A stretch of DNA of 64,000 nucleotides from positions 64,001 through 128,000 of the IMG/VR virus record IMGVR_UViG_3300028588_000015; one strand, given 5' to 3'. The DNA is from a virus (Duplodnaviria > Caudoviricetes). How positions within the stretch are numbered: position 1 is the first letter of the stretch; the number at the start of each line of letters is the position of its first letter. A program made the translations under genes and the position numbers. The notes beneath the pieces were generated by a model. The model had not been told where the DNA came from. It worked only from the letters and a program-made list of their open reading frames with translations, and ran no database searches. This document shows positions 20,216 to 28,545 of this stretch, one piece after another.

Positions 20216-21337
20216 ATGGACATGAGTATCAAACAAACTATTGGACACCGTATTTCGATCCTGCGCACGCTCTTGATTTTGTGCGTTGTATTTCTTCACA
20301 CCGTACTTGCGCCGAACATCCTGAAGGTGGATTTGACCGATTTTCAAACTGTCTTATCCTGCATCTTTCAAGACCGCTTAGGGCGTTTTGCAGTGCCGAC
20401 CCTCACGATGATTTCGGCGTATCTGTTGTTCGGTGCGAATCTGGACCAAGCACCGGGTAAGCTCTATAAGAAGAAATTTGCAACGCTTGTGGTGCCGTTT
20501 TTCTTCTTCAATGTTTTGTACTTCGCTGTTGTGTATGCGGTGGCGACTGTAACGGGCATTGGTAGCTTGCAAGAGGTGGTCCATAAAAACCACGAACAGA
20601 TCATCAACGCATTAACCGGATACAACGGTATGCCACTCAATGGTGCCACGCATTTTCTGCGTGATTTGTTCGTACTGGTGCTGTTGACGCCGGTGTTCAG
20701 TTTCTTTCTGCGCCGCGCCCCGTTGGTTGGTTGCTTCCTTATTGGCTTGGTGTTTTTAACCAACATGGATGGTAACTTGATCCAGCGCAATACCATGGCA
20801 GTAATGTTCTATCTTGGCGGCTGGTGTGCGGTCAGCAAAACTGATGTCACGATACTGGACAAGCATGCGGCCTTGGCGTGTGTTATCCTGCTGTTGGCCT
20901 GCACACTGTCGGTGTTCCTGCGCATCGACAACCGGATGATTTATCTGCTCTCGCCTTTCTTGGTCTGGAGTGCAGCGTCGAAACTGGTTGGCACCGCGCT
21001 GGGTAACTGGGCGGCTAAAAACAGCAAATACAGCTTTTTTGTGTTTCTTGCCCATGCACCGATGCTGCACGTTTTGGACTTGCTGCACGTCAATTCGATT
21101 GCACCAAAACTGCCATTGGTTTCTTCTGCCATCGAAACTGCGGTTGTTTTTATCGTGCTGGCAGCAGTCTACGATATCGCAGCAAAACGTATGCCTTCAT
21201 TGTTTAACATCATGATCGGCGCACGTGTTAAAACCGTGGTCATCGCGGATCGTCGCCGTCAGCCACGTCCCGATGGTGCCCCGGTATTTTCCCCAGAATA
21301 CCGGACGTCGTTCATTTCCAATCTTTCTTTTCGTTAA
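20216..21337 (+). CDS. acyltransferase family 3 (OafA/ExoH-like) integral membrane protein
   Basis: RISILRTLLILCVVFLH, RFAVPTLTMISAYLLF, FLRDLFVLVLLTP and YSFFVFLAH motifs; ~10 hydrophobic segments; resembles the ExoH succinyltransferase pattern. Confidence 0.85.
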   Translation: MDMSIKQTIGHRISILRTLLILCVVFLHTVLAPNILKVDLTDFQTVLSCIFQDRLGRFAVPTLTMISAYLLFGANLDQAPGKLYKKKFATLVVPFFFFNVLYFAVVYAVATVTGIGSLQEVVHKNHEQIINALTGYNGMPLNGATHFLRDLFVLVLLTPVFSFFLRRAPLVGCFLIGLVFLTNMDGNLIQRNTMAVMFYLGGWCAVSKTDVTILDKHAALACVILLLACTLSVFLRIDNRMIYLLSPFLVWSAASKLVGTALGNWAAKNSKYSFFVFLAHAPMLHVLDLLHVNSIAPKLPLVSSAIETAVVFIVLAAVYDIAAKRMPSLFNIMIGARVKTVVIADRRRQPRPDGAPVFSPEYRTSFISNLSFR

Positions 21338-21483
21338 GGAGAATACCGTGAAAAAATGACCGCATAGCAATTGTCAGTTATTGCTTTAGTGTAAATTTTA
21401 ACTGACGTTTGTCTATAGTGTGGATGTATTCAACCGCCTGGTTGAGTACACTCTACTCCCTTCACCAGAACTAGGAGCTTTCC

Positions 21484-21942
21484 ATGCAAAAATCGCGCAC
21501 TCTGCGAGCGCGTACCTTCGTGGCCCTCGCCATGATTGCCGCGCTCGCGTTCTTCACCCATTCGCCGCCAGCCCAATCGACCAGCTCCGGCGCCGAGACC
21601 GTGAAATCCATCTACCCGACCCAGACCGAAGGTGCCGGCATCGCCGCCACCAAGATCGACATCGCACCGGCCGCGGCCGTGGCTGATCGCGCCGTGCCCC
21701 GAACGCCGGCCGCGAACATCGATCTGGAAAAAATGCTGACCTCGACCGACACCCTGGCCATCGTCTCGGGCGCCGAACCGGCCGCCGCGTTCGACTCCCG
21801 ATTGCGGGGCTCGACCAAGAGCGAATTGACCATGTACACCGACCTGTCGACCAACAGCATCCACAGCCACGGCGCCGGCGGTACGGAACCGGGCGGGCGA
21901 TTGCGCCGCTCGATCCTGCTGACCCGTACCGACCTGACCTGA
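21484..21942 (+). CDS. small exported or membrane-anchored protein (152 aa)
   Basis: RBS AGGAG; basic N-region plus hydrophobic stretch (signal-peptide-like); very high GC3. Confidence 0.7.
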   Translation: MQKSRTLRARTFVALAMIAALAFFTHSPPAQSTSSGAETVKSIYPTQTEGAGIAATKIDIAPAAAVADRAVPRTPAANIDLEKMLTSTDTLAIVSGAEPAAAFDSRLRGSTKSELTMYTDLSTNSIHSHGAGGTEPGGRLRRSILLTRTDLT

Positions 21943-21944
21943 CC

Positions 21945-22320
21945 TGCCGCCGGCCTGGGCCGCCGCGACGCCCGCGAGAGGGTTGCTCCCGGCTGTTCCA
22001 TTGCCACAAGTCCCTGTCCGCTGCTGTGGACAGGGCACCTTTCCTGGACCTCTGAAATAGGCCAGGTTCGACCGAACGCAGATGCCTTCTCGGGCTTGCG
22101 AGCCCCTGAACTGGGCGCTGCCGGTCAACTCGCGCAGCAGGCCGCGGCCGATCGGCGGAATCAATGTCGATGCGGTATCGCCGCCTACTGCGCGCGCTTC
22201 TCGACCAAATCCACTGTGACGGGACACAGTTCACCACCGAATCGGATTAGCTACCCGGTTCATAACGACAACCACTGAGGGTGATAGCCAAATCATGCCT
22301 CACGGGTTTTTGGAAACCAA
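21945..22320 (+). ncRNA. candidate structured non-coding RNA or long structured 3' UTR
   Basis: At least 10 hand-found stems, some nested (22012-19/22028-35, 22043-51/22059-66, 22092-96/22101-05, 22107-13/22227-33, 22131-41/22184-94). No credible RBS-led ORF. Confidence 0.55.
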
Positions 22321-22367
22321 ATAAAGGCCGAGAGACTACGCGTACATAGTCTCTCGGCCTTTATGCC
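22321..22367. terminator. bidirectional terminator, 18-bp perfect arms
   Basis: ATAAAGGCCGAGAGACTA/TAGTCTCTCGGCCTTTAT. Confidence 0.85.
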
Positions 22368-22422
22368 GCTTACCTATCCTATGTTAATTTACTCACCCTT
22401 TGCCTGGATAGATAGGTGCCCC

Positions 22423-22953
22423 ATGTTTGTTTCTGATTTCACCAAATCCCCTGAAGAAGTGGTGATCGACCTCATCAACTTCGACAATGGCAAGAACTTC
22501 ACACCGGCGACCTTGCGGATCGTAGATGTGCCGCTTGCTATCCCCAAATCCCCCCCGATTTTCCGCAACACCGAAATTGTGGTGACCGCCCCTGTCGCGG
22601 TAAAGAAGCGCGGTCAAGCGCGCCTCTGGTATAACCGCATTGATCTCAACACGGTGCCCGCCAATCGCAGCACGGTCTTTGAAACGCCCACAAAAATTAC
22701 CAAACTGAGCGAAGTCATCCCGGCCGTCAACGAACGGTATCGGATCAACCTCACGCCCGCTGATTATATCGACGTCCCGATGACAGTTCTGGATTTTGAA
22801 CCGGTGAAAGTGACGATTCAAACTGCACCTCACTCGTTGGTTTACATCGGTTATCTGGAAATCGATGTCGTGGCACTGCCGGTCGATGTACCACCTATCG
22901 GTTCGGTCTTCCTCAACCGCTTCTTGGACATCTTCAAGTACTTCGCCAAATAA
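22423..22953 (+). CDS. phiKZ-like virion structural protein (WYNRID-motif family)
   Basis: Start moved to the ATG at 22423 (AGGTG RBS), because the track start lies inside a terminator. Paralogue of 7194-7721. Confidence 0.65.
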   Translation: MFVSDFTKSPEEVVIDLINFDNGKNFTPATLRIVDVPLAIPKSPPIFRNTEIVVTAPVAVKKRGQARLWYNRIDLNTVPANRSTVFETPTKITKLSEVIPAVNERYRINLTPADYIDVPMTVLDFEPVKVTIQTAPHSLVYIGYLEIDVVALPVDVPPIGSVFLNRFLDIFKYFAK

Positions 22954-22958
22954 GTGTA

Positions 22959-22993
22959 ATAAAGAGACAGGGGCACCCCTGTCTCTTTATGCC
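22959..22993. terminator. bidirectional terminator
   Basis: ATAAAGAGACAGGG/CCCTGTCTCTTTAT. Confidence 0.85.
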
Positions 22994-23001
22994 GAATGAA
23001 A

Positions 23002-23036
23002 GAAAAATACTTTGCTCGGTTATCTAATGTGAAAGG
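23002..23036 (+). promoter_or_regulatory. possible middle promoter
   Basis: AAAAAATAC resembles the weak AAanntTAC motif reported for phiKZ middle promoters; similar motifs at ~39189, ~47468 and ~54962. Confidence 0.4.
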
Positions 23037-23063
23037 GTATAACCGCTATTTTTCTTTGGAGTC

Positions 23064-23432
23064 GTGATGCGTAAATTCATCAAAAACATGCGCCACTGGT
23101 GGCCAGAACTTAAGCTGTGGTGGCGTGTCAAAAGAACCCCACTCCAGATCATTGACACCGAAGAATACTACAGTGATTATGATCTGGAAATTCTGACACT
23201 GTGGGGCGCGCACGCCATTGTAGTGCACGAATATAAACTCATGGGTGCGATCATCCGTACCGAGGAAATGGTCAAGGTCAATCATCCGCAGTTGCTGCGC
23301 GATAAGACCATGGCGGCTGATTTTTTGATCAAGCACTATCAAAAGTTTCAGTTTGTTGTAAAGTCTGTTACTTTCCCGCAAAAGGACGGTAGCATGCTGT
23401 ATTTCCCTGTCGGTCTTCCGGCAGTTCATTAA
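23064..23432 (+). CDS. hypothetical protein
   Basis: RBS GGAG; first gene after a terminator. Confidence 0.6.
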   Translation: MMRKFIKNMRHWWPELKLWWRVKRTPLQIIDTEEYYSDYDLEILTLWGAHAIVVHEYKLMGAIIRTEEMVKVNHPQLLRDKTMAADFLIKHYQKFQFVVKSVTFPQKDGSMLYFPVGLPAVH

Positions 23433-23457
23433 CTATAAAGAAAGAGGAGTTTCAATC

Positions 23458-23922
23458 ATGTTTGGTCTTTTTAAACGCAACAAAATCAATCTCAACATCC
23501 GCTTCCATACGGCTTCGGCGGGCCTACCGGAACATGGTACCCTGTTGGTCACCCACCGCGACCATGGGCTGGAAAAGAAGCCGGTGCGTTTCTCGTTCGT
23601 CGACGTGGCCACGCCGCCGCAACTGGACCGCGCCGTGTTCAACTACATCTACGACAAGGCCGAGGCCGCAGGCTTCCAGGTGCACAGCTTGCACTCGTAC
23701 GCCAATGTGGCGGTGAGCACTGCCCAGAGAGCTGCTGCCCGGCAGGCAGTGCTCGACAGTCCGAACGCAAAAGCGATCCGGGCATGGGCGGAAGAACAAA
23801 AGCCCAAGGCACCGCCCAGCGAACAATCGAACATGCAGGGTTTTGGTCGAAGCGGCCAAGTCGATACGATCGGTGCCGGCGCCAAGGGTATGCCGTACGA
23901 TGAATTCAAGAAAGGGGCATGA
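23458..23922 (+). CDS. hypothetical protein
   Basis: RBS GAGGAG; high GC3. Confidence 0.7.
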   Translation: MFGLFKRNKINLNIRFHTASAGLPEHGTLLVTHRDHGLEKKPVRFSFVDVATPPQLDRAVFNYIYDKAEAAGFQVHSLHSYANVAVSTAQRAAARQAVLDSPNAKAIRAWAEEQKPKAPPSEQSNMQGFGRSGQVDTIGAGAKGMPYDEFKKGA

Positions 23923-23923
23923 T

Positions 23924-24313
23924 ATGCGAATGGCTTACCGCAACGATTTCACCGCCGTGCTCGACATCTTCATGATGCTCTTGACCTGGTTCTTCAAGTC
24001 GTTTGACAACACGGTCACGTTCGTCATGCATGTGTTCAATTTCAACGTGGTGGTCGGCTTTCACAGCAACCTCGACCCGAAGAAATGCTACGGCGTGGCG
24101 TTCTACAATACGCCGAATGGTACGCAGTCACGGCCCTTCACAGTGGACCGGCCGGAGAATCTGGACGAGCCGCCGCCAGTCACCATCAAGTCAATCTTTT
24201 CACAGATCAAGCAGATGGGTTACGACGTGGTCCAAATCGAGGTGCGAACGGACCGCGAACTTCGGGTGTATCGAGATGGTGTCGAGCGCCCGCTTTTAGT
24301 GCAGGAGCGTTAA
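23924..24313 (+). CDS. hypothetical protein
   Basis: Start reassigned to the ATG at 23924 after the AGGGG RBS; high GC3. Confidence 0.65.
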   Translation: MRMAYRNDFTAVLDIFMMLLTWFFKSFDNTVTFVMHVFNFNVVVGFHSNLDPKKCYGVAFYNTPNGTQSRPFTVDRPENLDEPPPVTIKSIFSQIKQMGYDVVQIEVRTDRELRVYRDGVERPLLVQER

Positions 24314-24323
24314 AGGAGGTAAT

Positions 24324-24749
24324 GTGGAAAAACGAATGGACGAAGATTTGGAAGCGGCCAACGCCGAGAAGAAGCGGGTGGAGAAGTTGTTGGGTTTGCC
24401 GCCTGGCCCCGAGTATATCGGCACCTTTTCGGTCGACCAAGCAACCCACCCTGACTTCAAGGATAAGACAGCGGTTGATTGGGCTGTCGAGTTTGCGGTG
24501 GATGGTATCCTTAATGACAGCACACGGGTCAAGCATCAGAAGCTCGACGATATCGCACGTGTGCTGAAAGGAACGCCTGTCGATGTTGTCGAAAAGCGCT
24601 GGGACGATGGCACAATCGAACACGTTCCAACGCTCGGTGCGCCATCTGAAGACTACATCAGTCTGCGCCAAGAACTGGCCAATCAAGGCTATAGCTTTCA
24701 GCTGGATGATGGCTTGCCAGAACCAAACGACGATGACGACGACCTGTAA
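24324..24749 (+). CDS. hypothetical acidic protein
   Basis: AAGGAGG RBS with GTG start (ATG at 24336 is an alternative); ends before a terminator. Confidence 0.6.
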   Translation: MEKRMDEDLEAANAEKKRVEKLLGLPPGPEYIGTFSVDQATHPDFKDKTAVDWAVEFAVDGILNDSTRVKHQKLDDIARVLKGTPVDVVEKRWDDGTIEHVPTLGAPSEDYISLRQELANQGYSFQLDDGLPEPNDDDDDL

Positions 24750-24762
24750 TAGGCCGTCATAC

Positions 24763-24795
24763 AAAGCTACCCGAGATTCGGGTAGCTTTTTTTCT
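24763..24795 (+). terminator. intrinsic terminator
   Basis: AAAGCTACCCGA/TCGGGTAGCTTT plus T-run. Confidence 0.9.
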
Positions 24796-24821
24796 TTGTT
24801 CTCAACTAGGGAAATAAAAAA

Positions 24822-26171
24822 ATGCTCGACACCTTTAGCTTTTATTTCACCGCGTATTCTAAAGCGGTGGCCAGTAACCCCATGTTGGCAGGCTTCGCCC
24901 TGTATTTCACGGGCGCACTCACATACCTTGCACGCAATCTCCCCAGGGCACTCTGGGACTGGCTGAGCCATGCGCTCACTACCAGCATGGAGATGAACAA
25001 CAGTGGCTACAGTGCGGAAGAGACCCACTTCAATTCCTTCCTCATCTGGTTCATGCAGTCTCGCTGGTCGAAGTGGAGCCGCAACATTTACAGCGGCGTG
25101 GGTCACACCAACAACACGTGGGGTTCTTTCATCGGCCCAGGCCGTGGGCGCCATTTTTTCTTTCTCAACGGCCGCCTGTTCTGGTTCTATAAACGCTCGG
25201 TGGATTCACAGGGCACCAACAAACAAAAAGAAGAAATCACGATCCACACACTGGGGCGCAAACAACAACCCTTGATCGACTTGATCAATCTCTTTGAAGT
25301 CAAAGAAACCGACGATACCACTGCGGTGTATTGTTACAGTAAAAATTCATGGGATTTGGTGGCGCGCATTCCAAAGCGAGGCTTCGAGACGGTCTGTATT
25401 GATCCGGAAATCAAGAGTCAGCTGATTGAGCGCCTCGACCGGTTCGACCAGAACGAAGCCTGGTACCGCAGTAAAGGTATCCCCTACAAATCGACCAACC
25501 TGCTCTATGGTCCCCCGGGCACCGGTAAAAGTACCATCACCAAAGCGGTGGCGAGTCGGTATAACCGTTCACTCTGTCTTCTCGATTTGAGTGCGATGAG
25601 TAACCGGATGCTGCAAGATGCACTGGCGTCGATGCCGAGTAAGGCAGTGCTGCTACTCGAAGACATCACGGAAGCCACCAATGCCGTAAAGGGCCAAGAC
25701 GGTGGCCGTCGCACCGGCGATCGCCCAAAAGCGGAAACAGACGAAAACGTAACGGTAACGGAAGATGCGCCGGCATTACCTAAAATACCTAGCAGTATCG
25801 ATGAAATGCTGGGTACGGGTTTGACTTTGTCCGGTATCCTTAACGCGCTCGACGGTATCATTCCACTCAACGACGTCATCGTCATGATGACCACCAACCA
25901 CTTCGAAAAGCTGGCAGGATCGCTAATTCGTGGTGGTCGGGTCGATCACAAGTATTACATCGGCTACATGACCAACGACGAAATTCACGAATACGTGGCA
26001 CTCATGTACCCGGGTCAAGCGTACGACCCCACGATCGTTTTCCAAAGAGCGCTCGGCTGCGATATCTTCACTGCCTTCATGGAAAGTCCACACGACCTCA
26101 AGAGCTTCCTCAAGGGAGTGTCTTATCTCCAACATGCGCCATCAAGCGCGGCGAGCGAAGCACTTTCGTAA
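24822..26171 (+). CDS. BCS1-like membrane-anchored AAA+ ATPase
   Basis: N-terminal TM segment, BCS1-N-like region (GPGRGRHFFFLNGR), Walker A GPPGTGKS, Walker B LLLEDI, TLSGILNALDG, and TTNH...LIRGGRVD. Confidence 0.85.
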   Translation: MLDTFSFYFTAYSKAVASNPMLAGFALYFTGALTYLARNLPRALWDWLSHALTTSMEMNNSGYSAEETHFNSFLIWFMQSRWSKWSRNIYSGVGHTNNTWGSFIGPGRGRHFFFLNGRLFWFYKRSVDSQGTNKQKEEITIHTLGRKQQPLIDLINLFEVKETDDTTAVYCYSKNSWDLVARIPKRGFETVCIDPEIKSQLIERLDRFDQNEAWYRSKGIPYKSTNLLYGPPGTGKSTITKAVASRYNRSLCLLDLSAMSNRMLQDALASMPSKAVLLLEDITEATNAVKGQDGGRRTGDRPKAETDENVTVTEDAPALPKIPSSIDEMLGTGLTLSGILNALDGIIPLNDVIVMMTTNHFEKLAGSLIRGGRVDHKYYIGYMTNDEIHEYVALMYPGQAYDPTIVFQRALGCDIFTAFMESPHDLKSFLKGVSYLQHAPSSAASEALS

Positions 26172-26189
26172 ACCAGAATAAAACAAATC

Positions 26190-26216
26190 GAGGTCACATA
26201 TTACCAAAGTGACCTC
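26190..26216 (+). promoter_or_regulatory. early-promoter motif embedded in an 8-bp inverted repeat
   Basis: GAGGTCAC-ATATTACCAAA-GTGACCTC. Confidence 0.6.
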
Positions 26217-26239
26217 TACTCTGTATTGGAGAATAAGAA

Positions 26240-26872
26240 ATGAACAAAGGCGTTTTGATTACCCTTGAAGGTCCCGATGCTTGCGGGAAGACCACCCAAT
26301 GTAACTACCTGGAAAAACTTTTAACCGACAAAGGCTATAAAGTGACTCGAAGCCGAGAACCGGGGGGAACAGAGGTGGCTGAAAAGCTTCGCGCTATCTT
26401 GCTACAAGAGTCTCTCACGCCGATGACAGAAATGTTCCTCTTCTTTGCGTGCCGCGCCGAGAATATCGAGAAAATCATTAAGCCGGCGATCAACCGTGGC
26501 GAGGTTGTGATCTTTGACCGATTCATCGATTCATCAGTGGCATTCCAAGGGTACGGTCGGGGCCTGATGGATCAAGTATACGAATTGAAATCGATGCTGT
26601 TCGAACGAACTAAAGTACGAATCGATCACACGCTTTTCTTCGACATCACGCAAGAAGAAAGTTTGAGGCGCTTGAAGAAGCGTAGCGGGGAAGATCGGTT
26701 TGAACTCGAAAACATGGAGTTTAAAGATCGCGTTTTTAAAGGGTATCAAGAAGTACTGGATGATGTTGGCCACCGAATCAGTAAAATTGACGCCAATGGT
26801 ACGATCGAAGAAGTGAAACGCCAAATCTTTGATTGGGTAGAAAAATTCACTGAACAGTACCCACTGCTGTAA
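26240..26872 (+). CDS. tmk: thymidylate (dTMP) kinase
   Basis: LITLEGPDACGKTTQ, REPGGT, EMFLFFACRA, DRFIDSSVAFQGYGRG. Confidence 0.95.
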   Translation: MNKGVLITLEGPDACGKTTQCNYLEKLLTDKGYKVTRSREPGGTEVAEKLRAILLQESLTPMTEMFLFFACRAENIEKIIKPAINRGEVVIFDRFIDSSVAFQGYGRGLMDQVYELKSMLFERTKVRIDHTLFFDITQEESLRRLKKRSGEDRFELENMEFKDRVFKGYQEVLDDVGHRISKIDANGTIEEVKRQIFDWVEKFTEQYPLL

Positions 26873-26905
26873 TGGATTATTAAAAAAGACAATAAAGGAA
26901 ATAAC

Positions 26906-27091
26906 ATGGGAACGTGGGTGGAAAATCCTAATGCCGATCAGGCATCTGCCAAGCAAACAGAAACTGATCGGTATCGTCGTCGGGAACAGGAATACAAACG
27001 CGATGGAAATAACAAATCGCACCGTTCCAAAGAAGAACGCACCTCACAGCGTAAGACGGCCAAAGCGGCAAGAAAGCGTAATCGAAAATAG
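26906..27091 (+). CDS. small basic hypothetical protein
   Basis: AAGGA RBS; fills the gap between genes; Arg/Lys-rich. Confidence 0.45.
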   Translation: MGTWVENPNADQASAKQTETDRYRRREQEYKRDGNNKSHRSKEERTSQRKTAKAARKRNRK

Positions 27092-27128
27092 AAAGCTCGT
27101 GTGGATATGAATTAACTAGGAGAAAAAC

Positions 27129-27341
27129 ATGAAACTATTTGTTTGGGCATCACCTTTCTTTGGTCACGACCATATCGCTGTTGTTGAGGAGACGGAGGAA
27201 AAGGCGCGCATTGCTGTCGAAAAGGGGCTTACGAAAGAAGGAACTCGTACCGTTGACGAACTCTCCGCATGGAGAGAAGGAAAGTACGAAGAACTCATTG
27301 TAAGTGAAGTGGGTGAACCAGTTTACTTTCCCAATTCGTAG
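27129..27341 (+). CDS. hypothetical protein
   Basis: AGGAG RBS. Confidence 0.6.
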   Translation: MKLFVWASPFFGHDHIAVVEETEEKARIAVEKGLTKEGTRTVDELSAWREGKYEELIVSEVGEPVYFPNS

Positions 27342-27356
27342 CAAAGGAGAAGAAGG

Positions 27357-27866
27357 ATGTATCGAAACCTGAGCAACGACGAGTTCTTGTTCTTCTTTGG
27401 GGCGGTCCATCCATTCTCCAATTGGAACCAAGAAGCGAGCTTTAAGCTGCGTGGGATTGAGTTCTCGTGCGGTGAGCAAGCGATGATGGCATGGAAGGCA
27501 AAGTTCTTTAACGACCATGTTACCTTTGAAAAAATCATGCAAGCTACCCACCCGAATGAGCAGAAAAGTTTGGGACGTGGCGTCACGCCGTACAACGATG
27601 CCACCTGGGATGCGGCGCGAGACCGCATGATGTTCATTATCTGCGTGGAGCGAGCGCGCCAAATCAAGGCAGTGGATTTGGCGCTCCAGCTGTCAAGAGA
27701 AAAAGAAATCGTTGAAGCATCGCCCTACGATAAAATCTGGGGTGTAGGATTGGGTGATTACGACGATCGCATTTTGGATCGTCGTAATTGGCGAGGTCAA
27801 AACCGACTCGGGAAAGCATGGATGCTGGCCCGGGAATTTAGAAAGAAAGAAAGGGGAATAAAATGA
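27357..27866 (+). CDS. NADAR (YbiA-like) family protein
   Basis: FSNW...F..GEQAMMA.KA.FF.D, KSLGR.V, IVEASPYDKIWG.G, G.NRLG..WM. Confidence 0.92.
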   Translation: MYRNLSNDEFLFFFGAVHPFSNWNQEASFKLRGIEFSCGEQAMMAWKAKFFNDHVTFEKIMQATHPNEQKSLGRGVTPYNDATWDAARDRMMFIICVERARQIKAVDLALQLSREKEIVEASPYDKIWGVGLGDYDDRILDRRNWRGQNRLGKAWMLAREFRKKERGIK

Positions 27867-28018
27867 AATTGAAGGCACGACTGGTTTACCTCCGGCACTG
27901 TCTTATCAATTTCTGGAAGGAGAAACTGCGTCGTCGGAATAACAAGAAAGAGTGGTTAGAACACTACCGTAAACAAGGCATTGTGCCAAGAAAGAAAGGA
28001 ATAAGAAAATGGAAATAG
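27863..28018 (+). CDS. small basic protein (51 aa, not in ORF track)
   Basis: Read by hand: MKLKARLVYLRHCLINFWKEK...; AGGGG RBS; overlaps both neighbours. Confidence 0.4.
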   Translation: MKLKARLVYLRHCLINFWKEKLRRRNNKKEWLEHYRKQGIVPRKKGIRKWK

Positions 28019-28539
28019 CAAAGATGCTGGGACTGGAGCAAAGCCTCGGGGTATTGGCCAAGCAGCTGGAAGAAGCCACGCTGGAGCCGCCGAAGGATAA
28101 AGGAACAGCCTTTACGCTGGCCTGCGGTGAGATGCTGTACTTCGATCATGCAGTATTGAATCATACGCAACGCGCACAGATGGTCGAGAAGTACCGTTCC
28201 TTTGCGCGTGAGTTGACACAGAAAATCGAAGTCTTGGCTGCCCACCAAGTGCCGGGTATTTACATCTCGCCCCAAGGTGTATCAATCATGGACGAGGCTG
28301 TCGGCCGCTCAACGTTTCGTATCCTCTCGCTCGATGCGCCCTACAAAGCGTGCTTCTCCCGAAAGCACGCTGTCATCGTGAAACTTTTTTATGGCGTGAT
28401 GAATCGGAAAGATAAACCGCCGATCCTGATGCTTGATGTACGCGCGGAAGAATGGATGGTGGTACGACGTAAAGGTGAAGATACGGAATTCATTCCAAAT
28501 GGTTTGCTCGAACGTGTGACTGGCGCAGAGAAAGGATAA
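28009..28539 (+). CDS. hypothetical protein
   Basis: Purine-rich RBS; operon context. Confidence 0.65.
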   Translation: MEIAKMLGLEQSLGVLAKQLEEATLEPPKDKGTAFTLACGEMLYFDHAVLNHTQRAQMVEKYRSFARELTQKIEVLAAHQVPGIYISPQGVSIMDEAVGRSTFRILSLDAPYKACFSRKHAVIVKLFYGVMNRKDKPPILMLDVRAEEWMVVRRKGEDTEFIPNGLLERVTGAEKG

Positions 28540-28545
28540 AAAATC

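Noticed and set aside
21335-21367. Strong RBS (AAGGAG) followed by GTG AAA AAA TGA or ATG ACC GCA TAG
   Set aside because: Only three codons; probably a decayed gene start, with no further support.
22060-22080. GGTTCGA T-loop-like sequence suggesting a tRNA
   Set aside because: No T-stem, acceptor stem or anticodon arm can be built around it.
21940-22278. In-frame UGA followed by 111 open codons (possible readthrough or selenocysteine extension of the 152-aa protein)
   Set aside because: The frame is open to 22278, but the extension uses rare codons (AGG, CGA, ATA, ACA), no recognisable bacterial SECIS follows the UGA, and an open stretch this long is not unusual at this GC content. Ribo-seq would settle it.
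23458-24313. Possible paralogy of the 23458 and 23924 genes
   Set aside because: Only a loose pattern (FH...G...G...P...I...G..V) that I cannot distinguish from chance by eye.
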